Virus record (IMG/VR): IMGVR_UViG_3300049434_000014
Coordinates: 32,001-96,000 of that record
Source: a virus
Direction: 5' to 3' (one strand)
Length of the DNA stretch: 64,000 bases
Position numbers and translations under genes: made by a program. Under the pieces are notes generated by a model. The model did no database searches and was not told where the DNA came from. It saw only the letters and a program-made list of their open reading frames with translations. Every line of letters begins with the position of its first letter. Position 1 is the first letter of the stretch. Shown one piece after another: positions 9,435 to 18,147 of this stretch.

Positions 9435-9568
9435 AGTGACGTGCTGAAGGAGCGGCCTACTTCGGATAAATCACTGGTCTCAAAAATCGGTGATGAGTTG
9501 GGTTCGATATCCCAACAACCCAGCGGGCGACTGCTGGGATTAGGCTGAGCCACATGGTTGCCGTCACT
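9435..9568 (+). ncRNA. Y-RNA-like (YrlA-type) RNA with tRNA-like domain, copy 3
   Basis: AGTGACG/CGTCACT helix; TGCTGAAG...TACTTC; anticodon-like arm TCACTGGT-CTCAAAA-ATCGGTGA; T-arm GTTGGG-TTCGATAT-CCCAAC. Confidence 0.75.
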
Positions 9569-9589
9569 TCCTACAAGGAGATGAATCCA

Positions 9590-11278
9590 ATGTCTAAGTT
9601 CGAGAGCACGCTGCGTAATCGTGGTTTGACGTCTGCAATCACTACGTTGGACGGTTCTGACCTTTCTACTTATAATGGCGCTCCTGGCTTTGAGCGCGAT
9701 GCGCAGAGCGAGTTGCTGTTGCTCGCCTCGCAGTTCATGGTCAATGAAAAGACTTACTACGAGAATGATGTCGATCGTCGGACTCGTTTCAACATGCTTA
9801 TTTGGATCTGTGCTGTTGAGGCTGAAGACTGGACGGTCGACTTCCTGCGTTGGCTGCGCTGTGATGCCAACATCCGTTCCGCGTCTATCGCGGGTGCGTG
9901 CGAGTTTGTGCATGGCCGTTGGTTCGTCAACGACGAGCTGGCTATGCGCTCTAAGCCGCTGCGTAAGTTCAATGCCTCCCTAGGACGCCAGGTCGCCGAT
10001 CTGGTCTGTCAGCGTGGCGATGAGCCTGCAGAGCTGCTGGCCTACTGGGTGTCGACCTACGGCAAGCCGATCCCTGCTGCGATCCGTCGTGGCGCGGGTG
10101 ATGCTGCAACGCGTCTGTACACTGAGTTCAATGCTGGCAAGTACGATGGTAATCGTCGTGCCTTCCGTATGGGAGACTTGCTGCAGTTGTCTCGCCCTTG
10201 CCCCACGTCGCCTGCTCAGAGCGGTTTGTTCAAGGGTCTTATTGCCGACCGTCTGGGAATCACTGAGGATACGCATCCTGATTTGAAGATGCGTTTAATG
10301 CGTGAGGCTCTGTTTTCGTACCCAGTCGAGATTCGTCGTGACTTTGTGAAGGCTTCTGTTGCACGAGCGTCGGAGGCATTTAAGGCAGCTGGTTTCGTGT
10401 GGGAAGATGTCGCGGGTTGGCTGCAGGGTCCGATGGATAAGACTGCGTGGGAAGCGTGCGTCCCGATCATGGGTGTGTTCGCTCTGCTGCGGAATCTGCG
10501 CAACTTTGACGAGGTCGGTGTTTCTGATGAGGTGGTACAGAAGGTCTGTGAAAAGATCTCGGAGACTGAGGCCGTATGTCGTGCTCGGGTGTTCCCAATG
10601 CGGTTCCTATCTGCGTACCGTGCGGCTCCGTCGCTTCGTTGGAGTTGGGCTTTGGAGCGTGGCATGGCCGCGTCGTTGTCGCTCTTGCCGACTCTACGAG
10701 GCCGGTCGCTACTTCTGATTGATTCATCGGATTCGATGTATGAGTCAATCTCTGAGGATTCGGAGTTGATGTTCTCAGACAATGCGAAGGCGTTTGGTCT
10801 CGCGCTGGCGAAGCGGATCCTCGAGTCTGGTCGTGGTGACTCGGTTGACGTGGTGTCGTTTTCCTCGACTCCAACCTGGGGACCGAAGATGGGCGCGGTT
10901 CCGTCAAGGGTCTTCACTCCTCGTTTGGGCGAGTCGGTGTTGGCGGCTCTCGCTCGGTGGGAGAATGAGGGTTTGGATTTGCGGTGGGGCACGGACACGA
11001 TTGGTGCGGTGAATCGTCATTACCATTCGCACGATCGAGTCATTGTCTTGACTGATGCACAGGCTGATGACCATCCGGCTGAGCATGTGTTCGCTGCGAT
11101 TCCAGATCGTGTCCCGTGCTATACGTACAATCTGGTCGGCTACCGGGCTGGCCATGCTCCGTCCGGTGTCAAGAATCGTCACGAGCTTTCGGGCTTGAGC
11201 GATGCTTCTTTCACCATCATGTCTGCGCTCGAGGCTCATGGGTCCGGGCGCTGGCCGTGGGAGCATGCTGTCGCGTGA
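9590..11278 (+). CDS. rsr: Ro60/TROVE-domain RNA-binding protein with C-terminal vWA domain
   Basis: G.PGF.RD..SEL.LLA, QRGDEPAELLAYW, ALLRNLRNFD, RVFPMRFLSAY and vWA DSSDSM/GTD/VLTD motifs; AAGGAG RBS favours ATG 9590 (the track start 9554 lies inside the RNA). Confidence 0.9.
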   Translation: MSKFESTLRNRGLTSAITTLDGSDLSTYNGAPGFERDAQSELLLLASQFMVNEKTYYENDVDRRTRFNMLIWICAVEAEDWTVDFLRWLRCDANIRSASIAGACEFVHGRWFVNDELAMRSKPLRKFNASLGRQVADLVCQRGDEPAELLAYWVSTYGKPIPAAIRRGAGDAATRLYTEFNAGKYDGNRRAFRMGDLLQLSRPCPTSPAQSGLFKGLIADRLGITEDTHPDLKMRLMREALFSYPVEIRRDFVKASVARASEAFKAAGFVWEDVAGWLQGPMDKTAWEACVPIMGVFALLRNLRNFDEVGVSDEVVQKVCEKISETEAVCRARVFPMRFLSAYRAAPSLRWSWALERGMAASLSLLPTLRGRSLLLIDSSDSMYESISEDSELMFSDNAKAFGLALAKRILESGRGDSVDVVSFSSTPTWGPKMGAVPSRVFTPRLGESVLAALARWENEGLDLRWGTDTIGAVNRHYHSHDRVIVLTDAQADDHPAEHVFAAIPDRVPCYTYNLVGYRAGHAPSGVKNRHELSGLSDASFTIMSALEAHGSGRWPWEHAVA

Positions 11279-11309
11279 GCGCTTGAGTCGGAGACGGTAG
11301 GACAATAAC

Positions 11310-12410
11310 ATGCTCTCCCATCTCCGACTTACCAACTTTCAATCTCACCGTAATACCGATCTTGAGTTGGGTCGTTTTACGGTCATTGTCGGTCCGTCCA
11401 GTTCCGGCAAGTCTGCGGTTGCCAGAGCTTTACGGGTGCTCGTTTCGAATTCACGGGGCACTTCCTATGTGAGCCATGGGGCACGCTCTGCTCGCATTGA
11501 GGGTGCGTTTGCTCAGTTTGAAGGTGACCCGCTCGACGGGCAGATGCGTATTGCCGTTGAGCGCGGCGCGGGTAAGTCTGTTTATGAATTGCAGATTGCT
11601 GGTGACGATGAAGTCCACACTTTTACAAAGTGTGGCACCAATGTCCCTGATATGGTTTCTGCAGCTCATGATCTCGGCGATGACGAGATGTGGCTCGCTG
11701 GTCAGTTTGATCGCCCATTCTTGCTTGACGAGAATGGTAGTCACATTGCTCGCGTACTAGGTGATCTCACTAATGTGAGTATGATTTTCGCCGCTGTCCG
11801 GGAATGCAATCGTCGGGCGTCTGGTGCGAAGACTCGTTTCACAAGTCGTCAAGCTGATCTCGAGAAAGTTCGAGAGGCTATTCAGGAATACGTAGACTTG
11901 CCTGGCAAGCTCGCGGCGTGTGCTGCAGCGGAAGCGGCTGTAGTCAGAGTTTCTGAGTTAGATCAGCGTCGGATTTTGCTTCGAATGATTTGTGAAGATG
12001 CCGAGCGTTCACATAAACGCGCTGTGCATGCGCGTTTGCAATTGCGTCCTGTCCCTCGCATAGAGTCGCTGGTCACTGCAGAAAGTCGCAGGTCGCGATT
12101 GGCTGAGCTTGTGCGTACCGTGGAGGACGTAGCGGTGCGTCGATCCGCTATTCGTCTCGTATCCGTTCCTGATGTTTCTCCCTTAACCGCACTCGCCGCT
12201 AGTCGTACACATTTGCGTACTGTGTTAACAGAATTGGGCCAGGCCGAAGTTTCCAGACGTCAAGCCATTGAGTTGGCCGAGCGGGCTCGCACGGCTGCAG
12301 AGGAGGCCCGCGATCGTCTGGGTCAGGCATTGACTGATGCAGGCATGTGTCCGACATGTGGTGCATCCTCTGAGCACGCTCGCCTCGATCATGTAGTGAG
12401 CGTTTCCTAA
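11310..12410 (+). CDS. SbcC/Rad50-like ATPase, N-terminal half (Walker A, coiled coil, zinc hook)
   Basis: LTNFQSH, VGPSSSGKSA Walker A, QFDRPFLL, C-terminal CPTC. Confidence 0.85.
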   Translation: MLSHLRLTNFQSHRNTDLELGRFTVIVGPSSSGKSAVARALRVLVSNSRGTSYVSHGARSARIEGAFAQFEGDPLDGQMRIAVERGAGKSVYELQIAGDDEVHTFTKCGTNVPDMVSAAHDLGDDEMWLAGQFDRPFLLDENGSHIARVLGDLTNVSMIFAAVRECNRRASGAKTRFTSRQADLEKVREAIQEYVDLPGKLAACAAAEAAVVRVSELDQRRILLRMICEDAERSHKRAVHARLQLRPVPRIESLVTAESRRSRLAELVRTVEDVAVRRSAIRLVSVPDVSPLTALAASRTHLRTVLTELGQAEVSRRQAIELAERARTAAEEARDRLGQALTDAGMCPTCGASSEHARLDHVVSVS

Positions 12411-12434
12411 GAGGAATGACGTTTCACGTAAGAG

Positions 12435-12899
12435 GTGAGATTTGTGGCTGAAATCTGTGTGTTTTTTAACGAAGATGGGATGGTGGTTGGGCCAGAATGG
12501 TCCGTAGACAGAGCGAATCGTTTAGTGCGTGAGATGCGTAAAGCATCCCCAGCTCCGGGTGATTCAGATTTGTTAGTTCTAGCACGATGGATTCATGAAT
12601 TGTTTGAAGAACGACCACAGTCTCGTTACTGGCCTACGATGGCTCGTTATGAAGGTGATCGGTCAATCTACAGGGCATTGATTGATTTATGTTCTTGGGA
12701 AGAGATAGACGCTTTGTATCGTGCGGAGCCTGAGGACGTGCTTGCCGCGTCGAACATGGTTCGGTGGGTGCTGCGGTTGCCCCAGCAATCTTCTGTGTTG
12801 GTGGTCTTCAAATCGCTACCTCCCACCGCTGCTCTGGTGGAGGTACCTCAGCAGTGCTTTGGCCGGTCTCCTGAACGGAGGCTCGCTTCAGCCGGGTAG
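12435..12899 (+). CDS. hypothetical protein
   Basis: ORF between sbcC-like and sbcD-like genes. Confidence 0.55.
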   Translation: MRFVAEICVFFNEDGMVVGPEWSVDRANRLVREMRKASPAPGDSDLLVLARWIHELFEERPQSRYWPTMARYEGDRSIYRALIDLCSWEEIDALYRAEPEDVLAASNMVRWVLRLPQQSSVLVVFKSLPPTAALVEVPQQCFGRSPERRLASAG

Positions 12900-12907
12900 G
12901 ACTGTGT

Positions 12908-13882
12908 GTGACTGAGATTCTTTGTGTAGGTGATCTCCACCTATCCGACCGTGCGCCTTCGAATTGCACTGACTCTTACAACGATGATTTGTTCACCATG
13001 TTGTGGGAGATTGTGGAGCTGGCCAGGTCGAATGAGTATGATGCAATCGTTTTCGCTGGAGATCTCTTTCATCTGAAGCAAGCGAATCGTACATCACATT
13101 CTACTGTTCAACGAATGATTGAAGTTGTACAGGCTTCTCCGTGCGATGTCTATTTTGTGATAGGTAATCACGACATCCAGCATGATCGGGTGGAGTCGAT
13201 TTATGAGACTCAGCCGTTTGGTGTAGTGCTTAAAGCTGGTGCACATCTGTTGGATGGGCATGCTTCTGGACTACCGCTTTATGGTGTCTCGTGGCAGCAA
13301 CACTGGGATCGTGATTGTTCAGGTGAGTTTGAGCGTTGGCGTGAGATGGATACTGATTACGCCATGCATTCTTTGCTGGTGACGCATTCCCCTATCTATC
13401 CTCCTGGGCAGGAGTTGCCGTGGGAGAACATCCCGGCTTCGACTATTGCTAAGTGGATGGGCAATGTAGGGCACTGTTATTACGGCCATGTGCACGATTT
13501 GCATGGTACGTTTTATGTTGATGGTGTGACATTCTGCAATCAAGGCGCGCTGTCTCGCGGGTCGTTGCATGAGAGCGATCTGACTAGGCGTCCTGCTGTT
13601 ACGGTGTGGCGCTCGGATGTTATGGGGCCTGCAGCGTTTGAACGTATTGAGTTGAAGACTGCCAAGCCTGTTGACGAGGTCTTCCGTCTTGCCGCTGCAG
13701 CGGAGCGCGCAGGCTATGCGGGCCGCCTCGAGGCGTTTTTGGCTGCGGTGGGTTCTAGCTCTGTTGAGATTGCTAGCATTGAATCGGTACTAGCTAATGT
13801 TCGATCGATGGACTTGCCTGACGCTGTGATTGGTCTTGCCGAAGAAGTGTTAACGCTTGCGAGTCATGGAGAGTTGAAGTGA
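12908..13882 (+). CDS. SbcD/Mre11-like metallophosphoesterase (DNA repair nuclease)
   Basis: GDLH, AGDLFH, GNHD, THS and YGHVH motifs. Confidence 0.9.
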   Translation: MTEILCVGDLHLSDRAPSNCTDSYNDDLFTMLWEIVELARSNEYDAIVFAGDLFHLKQANRTSHSTVQRMIEVVQASPCDVYFVIGNHDIQHDRVESIYETQPFGVVLKAGAHLLDGHASGLPLYGVSWQQHWDRDCSGEFERWREMDTDYAMHSLLVTHSPIYPPGQELPWENIPASTIAKWMGNVGHCYYGHVHDLHGTFYVDGVTFCNQGALSRGSLHESDLTRRPAVTVWRSDVMGPAAFERIELKTAKPVDEVFRLAAAAERAGYAGRLEAFLAAVGSSSVEIASIESVLANVRSMDLPDAVIGLAEEVLTLASHGELK

Positions 13883-14094
13883 CAAAGGCTAAAGACAATC
13901 TCGTGACTGCGGTCGCTGAAGCGTTGGCTTCTACCGCGATGCGTACAAAGGAAAATGATTTCCAGTCACATCAGTTTCGGTTCTACTCACTTCCCCATGA
14001 TGCACGCTTTCAGCATGTGGAGCGGGCAAAGACTATTGTTGATCGTCTTCTGATGGAGGGTGCTGTTCAGCTTCCTGTGGAGACTTCAGCATGA
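13879..14094 (+). CDS. hypothetical protein
   Basis: Overlapping start/stop coupling on both sides. Confidence 0.55.
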   Translation: MTKAKDNLVTAVAEALASTAMRTKENDFQSHQFRFYSLPHDARFQHVERAKTIVDRLLMEGAVQLPVETSA

Positions 14095-15284
14095 TCTCAA
14101 CAGACAATCCAGTCACGCTGTTGCATGGTGCTGTTGAAGACGCGCTTGCTTTCATTCCTGACAATAGCGTTGATGCTGTTGTGACTGATCCTCCTTATGC
14201 TTTGAGTATGGGTGGTGGAACAAGTCACTGGGATACGTATTCAGCTAAAGAGTTTGCTGCGTGGTGTGAGTTGTGGTCGACGGAGTGTCTGCGTATCGCT
14301 AAGCCGGGTTCGTGGATGCTCGCTGCGTCGTCGGCGCGGACGTCGCATCGGCTGCGCCAAGGCATGGAGGATGCGGGCTGGGCCATCATTGACGAGATCG
14401 ACTGGATCTATCCTGTCTCGCTGCACCGGGCTATTGATCTCCCGACTCGCCTTGCTCTGGCCAACGCTGATCCTGCGTTGATCGAGTCGATGGTGGGCAG
14501 GTCGACGTCGATCAAGTCGCGTCGTGAGCCGTTTGTGTTGGCGCGTGCGCCTCTCGAGCGGTCTTTGCTGAACACGGTGACCACCTACGGCACTGCGACG
14601 CTTGACGTTGATTCTACGGCCTCTGAGTCGGGTTCCTGGCCATGCAACGTGGTGTTCTCGCACCACGAGGAGTGCACCAAGGACGGGCGCTGCATCCCTG
14701 GCTGTCCTGTGGCTGATCTCGGAATCAATGCTCCGTTGTTTCCTGCGTTCTACTGGTGCGATAAGCCATCGACGGGCGAGCGACCTAAGGTCGAAGTAGA
14801 GATTGGTGAGGGAACGGGTAAGCTTTCAACGATTGGTGAGGTTCGTCGTTGGAAGTGCAAAGTGTGTCAGGCTGTTACGCATTCGTATATGAAGAAGGGT
14901 TCTACCTATTCATCTGTCCCACATAAGGTTTGTTCTCACTACGATGAGGATCCCGCTAATTATGTACCATTGAAGCAGAATGATTACGTTTCGGAGATCT
15001 CTCATAACACGGTTAAGCCTCTGAACCTGATGAGGTGGTTCATCCGTCTGGTCTCGAAGCCTGGGGATACGATCTTGGAACCGTTTTTAGGGAGCGGAAC
15101 CACAGCTGAGGCTGCTGTGATTGAACGTCGCAGGGTCATCGGTGTTGAACGTGATGCCTCATCGGTAGAACTAACTAGGTCACGGCTACGTCGAGTGCAG
15201 TGCTCGCGGCTGGACAGGGTTGTGCTGAGGGAGGCTGACAATGGACGTGAAGTACCCGGAGATCGAGGTACAGCTGTCGGGTGA
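14091..15284 (+). CDS. DNA N6-adenine/N4-cytosine methyltransferase (beta class)
   Basis: VTDPPY motif IV precedes H.TVKP..LM..L and PFLGSGTT motif I. Confidence 0.9.
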   Translation: MISTDNPVTLLHGAVEDALAFIPDNSVDAVVTDPPYALSMGGGTSHWDTYSAKEFAAWCELWSTECLRIAKPGSWMLAASSARTSHRLRQGMEDAGWAIIDEIDWIYPVSLHRAIDLPTRLALANADPALIESMVGRSTSIKSRREPFVLARAPLERSLLNTVTTYGTATLDVDSTASESGSWPCNVVFSHHEECTKDGRCIPGCPVADLGINAPLFPAFYWCDKPSTGERPKVEVEIGEGTGKLSTIGEVRRWKCKVCQAVTHSYMKKGSTYSSVPHKVCSHYDEDPANYVPLKQNDYVSEISHNTVKPLNLMRWFIRLVSKPGDTILEPFLGSGTTAEAAVIERRRVIGVERDASSVELTRSRLRRVQCSRLDRVVLREADNGREVPGDRGTAVG

Positions 15285-15441
15285 AGACGGCAATGCCATG
15301 ATGATTATTGGCAGCGTTCGACGTTCTCTGCGTCGGGCTGGTGTTTCAAATGATGAGATCGAAGCGTTTTCCAACGAGGCTTTGTCTGGTGATTATGACA
15401 ATGTTCTCCAGACATGTATGCGATGGGTGTCGGTGAGTTAA
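15241..15441 (+). CDS. conserved small phage protein
   Basis: VQLSGEDGNA..I.G.V..AL..AG...ALSGDYD.VL motif; GGAGG RBS. Confidence 0.65.
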   Translation: MDVKYPEIEVQLSGEDGNAMMIIGSVRRSLRRAGVSNDEIEAFSNEALSGDYDNVLQTCMRWVSVS

Positions 15442-15607
15442 TGTTGTCCTACGAGGATTGTTTATACTGGGCTGATCATCATCTTGGAGATGCACGTAGT
15501 TTGTATGGAGACTCACATGAACGTGCGCTTCGTATGGCGTCTGTGTGGGCTCAGTTAGCTCAGGCTGCAGCTATTAGAGGTTTTGCTGAGGTTGTTAAGG
15601 AGAAAGA

Positions 15608-16399
15608 GTGACGTTGGCTCTTGAGATTGAGCCTGATGAGAGCGGGGTGTATTGGATTACACCCCGCTCTCAGTGTTATAAGTTTTGTGAGATTTGTGAT
15701 GGAAGAATTACTGGTTATCCAGGCACTCTTAAGAGTCGAAAGTATTGTACTCGTATTTGCGGTGGTGTTGGAAGAAGTCGTATAGGAGCTACGGACAAGA
15801 CATGTTCATCTTGTAAAGTTACCAAGCCTTTGTCTGCATTCAGTAAGAATGCATCGTCTAAAGGTGATGGTTGTTACAGTGTTTGTCGTGTTTGCGTGTA
15901 TGAGCGGAATACTTCGAGACTTGTTGAGCTTGCTCCGTTAGGACATCGCACTTGTAAAGTATGTAATGAGATAAAGCCTTTGTCTGAGTTTTTAACTGCT
16001 ACTGATGCACGCCTTCGTCCTGTTACGTGTGAGTTGTGCGCACGACCACAAATGCTAGCTAAACATGCAGCTTACTATGCTGCGAATGCAGAACGTGAGT
16101 GTGCGAAGAATCGAGCACGTTACGCAGCTAACCCAATGCCTGTACTGGTTCGATCACGTGCGCATAGACTTGGCATAACAGAGAAAGAATACAATCGTAT
16201 ACTTCTGGCTCAGAACGGCGTGTGCAGTCTCTGTGGGCTTCCAGAGCGTGCTATGAGAAACGGTGAGCTTCTGAGTTTGGCTGTAGATCACTGTCATGAA
16301 ACTGACGTAATTCGAGGTCTTCTCTGTCTTTCTTGTAATACCATGCTAGGCAAGGTTGAGGCGTTAGGGGTTGAGAAGATATATGATTACCTCAACTGA
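15608..16399 (+). CDS. EndoVII-family endonuclease with N-terminal zinc-finger repeats (probable homing endonuclease)
   Basis: Q.G.C.LC...LAVDHCH.T..IRGLLC..CN motif; two K.C..C...KPLS.F repeats; visibly more AT-rich than flanks. Confidence 0.85.
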   Translation: MTLALEIEPDESGVYWITPRSQCYKFCEICDGRITGYPGTLKSRKYCTRICGGVGRSRIGATDKTCSSCKVTKPLSAFSKNASSKGDGCYSVCRVCVYERNTSRLVELAPLGHRTCKVCNEIKPLSEFLTATDARLRPVTCELCARPQMLAKHAAYYAANAERECAKNRARYAANPMPVLVRSRAHRLGITEKEYNRILLAQNGVCSLCGLPERAMRNGELLSLAVDHCHETDVIRGLLCLSCNTMLGKVEALGVEKIYDYLN

Positions 16400-17270
16400 T
16401 GCTGAATGTGCTTCTGAGTTACATCGACTCAAAATCTCATGGAGTCAATTACAGGCTCATACCATTTGTAAGCAGCGTGCGATGCTTCAGCGTCGTGGTG
16501 GTCGCTCTCCGGTCACTGATATCCGTAACTTCTTTCACGGCACAGTTTGTGATCGGGTAATGCGGGCGTGGCTGGAGAGCGACGCTCAGCTCGCGGGCCA
16601 GATGCCTCAAATGGTTGATGACTATATGGAGCGCTGTCTGGATGAGGCAAAGGAAAACGGCGAGGGTGTTGTTCGGTGGAAGTCTCGCTCGGACAAGAAA
16701 GAAGTAGCTATTTTTTGTAAGGCGCTTCTGACTCGCCTTGAGCCGATGCTGCAGCGGCTTGTACTTCCTTATGAATACCAGCCTGAGTTGCGGTTTAAGG
16801 TACCGATTCGTATTCCGTATCTTGACGGTCATCCTGCTGAGATTGATTTGGTTGGCGGGATTGATATCGCGGTGCGTCGCTCTGTGAATCCGGCCAGGTG
16901 GTTTGCTTATGACCTCAAGGCCACTCGCAATCCTGACTATGTGCGCAAGACTTTAGGTCAGGGGATTTTCTATGACATTGCGATGCTCGCAATGTTTGGG
17001 AAGAGTCCAGAGGAGTTTGCTTTCCTACAACCTGCCGTTGACTCGAATCCCATCGTTCCTATCCGGGTATCCAATGATGATCGTGTTTCCATGCTGGCTC
17101 GGATCAAAGAAGTTGCTCACGATCGCTGGCGTGGTGATGATGCACCAACTAAGAATGTCTCAGCGTGTTCGTGGTGTCCGGTAAAGTTTTCGTGCATTCG
17201 TTTCTCGCCACAGGCTTCTGTTTTTACCCCCGTGCGTGGCCGTAGCGCCGCGCTCCGCTCGGCTGGGTAG
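16383..17270 (+). CDS. PD-(D/E)XK nuclease (RecB/Cas4-like exonuclease)
   Basis: ISWSQL....C, GGID, YDLK, Q...Y and C-terminal CSWCP....C. Confidence 0.8.
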   Translation: MITSTDAECASELHRLKISWSQLQAHTICKQRAMLQRRGGRSPVTDIRNFFHGTVCDRVMRAWLESDAQLAGQMPQMVDDYMERCLDEAKENGEGVVRWKSRSDKKEVAIFCKALLTRLEPMLQRLVLPYEYQPELRFKVPIRIPYLDGHPAEIDLVGGIDIAVRRSVNPARWFAYDLKATRNPDYVRKTLGQGIFYDIAMLAMFGKSPEEFAFLQPAVDSNPIVPIRVSNDDRVSMLARIKEVAHDRWRGDDAPTKNVSACSWCPVKFSCIRFSPQASVFTPVRGRSAALRSAG

Positions 17271-17278
17271 GACTTACT

Positions 17279-17545
17279 ATGACTGACGTTTCCACACGAG
17301 ATTTGTCTGCTGAGGTTGCTGCTGCGTCTGCTGATGTGGAGCGGTTGAAGACGGCTCAAATGCGAGCTGAGGCTGCCGCTGAGGCTGCCGACGCCGAGTA
17401 TGCGCGGGCTTTGGCAAAGCTGAAGGATGAGTTCGATGTTGACACGGTAGAGAGCGCTGCTGTTCTCTTGCGAGAGCTAGATGGTCGTGTGAATGCTGAG
17501 TTGGATATCGTGCAAGCCAAGCTAGCTGAGGCGAATGGGTCATGA
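17279..17545 (+). CDS. small coiled-coil protein
   Basis: Ala/Glu-rich heptads; ATG 8 nt after GGGTAG. Confidence 0.65.
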   Translation: MTDVSTRDLSAEVAAASADVERLKTAQMRAEAAAEAADAEYARALAKLKDEFDVDTVESAAVLLRELDGRVNAELDIVQAKLAEANGS

Positions 17546-17757
17546 GTGAAATTTTGTGCACTAGACATTGGATTGCAGATTGCGATTCTTTAGACTTTGG
17601 TGTTGCTGCTACTGAATCTGTTCCTGGGCAATTTGATGGTATACCTCATGAGTCGTATGAGGCGTCTTGTGTTGTTAGTTCCCACGGCAGGCATACTATG
17701 TATCCTGTGTCTAAGCAGCAGTACGATGACATCATGGCAGATGATATTGATGGCTAA
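17542..17757 (+). CDS. hypothetical protein
   Basis: ATGA coupling to the upstream gene. Confidence 0.5.
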   Translation: MSEILCTRHWIADCDSLDFGVAATESVPGQFDGIPHESYEASCVVSSHGRHTMYPVSKQQYDDIMADDIDG

Positions 17758-17995
17758 TTACTCGCAGCGAACAATAACCACTACTGTTGTCGAGTTTTCT
17801 ATCCCGCTTACGATTGGTTTCGGCGCTTGTTGGGTTGAGGTAACGAAAGCCATTCGCGCAGCTCATACTGAGTTGTGGGATCTCGGCAGGGTAGAGCACG
17901 GTAGAGATGCCCCTGATGATGTGATTCGTCTTACCACTGGTGACGATGAAATCATTGTTTTCTACGAACGGCATAGGGTCGAGACTAATGAGTAA
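17750..17995 (+). CDS. hypothetical protein
   Basis: Overlap-coupled ORF (MANYSQR...). Confidence 0.5.
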   Translation: MANYSQRTITTTVVEFSIPLTIGFGACWVEVTKAIRAAHTELWDLGRVEHGRDAPDDVIRLTTGDDEIIVFYERHRVETNE

Positions 17996-18147
17996 ATACT
18001 GTGAGTGCACTGGTAGTGCACGCGAGCGTGGCTTTACGAATATCGGACCTAAGGATTCTCCGTGGTGGGTGTGTTCCGGGTGTATGTTGCCCACTCGCGC
18101 ATACGCTATGGCCATGCTCCACCCGTTAAAGCAGGAGCCTACTTATA

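Noticed and set aside
9465-9530. Independent tRNA-Leu(CAA)
   Set aside because: No proper acceptor stem or D-arm; it is the tRNA-like domain inside the Y-RNA-like unit
9554-9589. Ro60 start at 9554 as given in the ORF track
   Set aside because: It lies within the terminal helix of Y-RNA copy 3; AAGGAG at 9575-9580 points to ATG 9590
16383-17270. Cas4 as evidence of a CRISPR-Cas system
   Set aside because: Stand-alone PD-(D/E)XK exonucleases are common in phage replication/recombination modules, which is its context here
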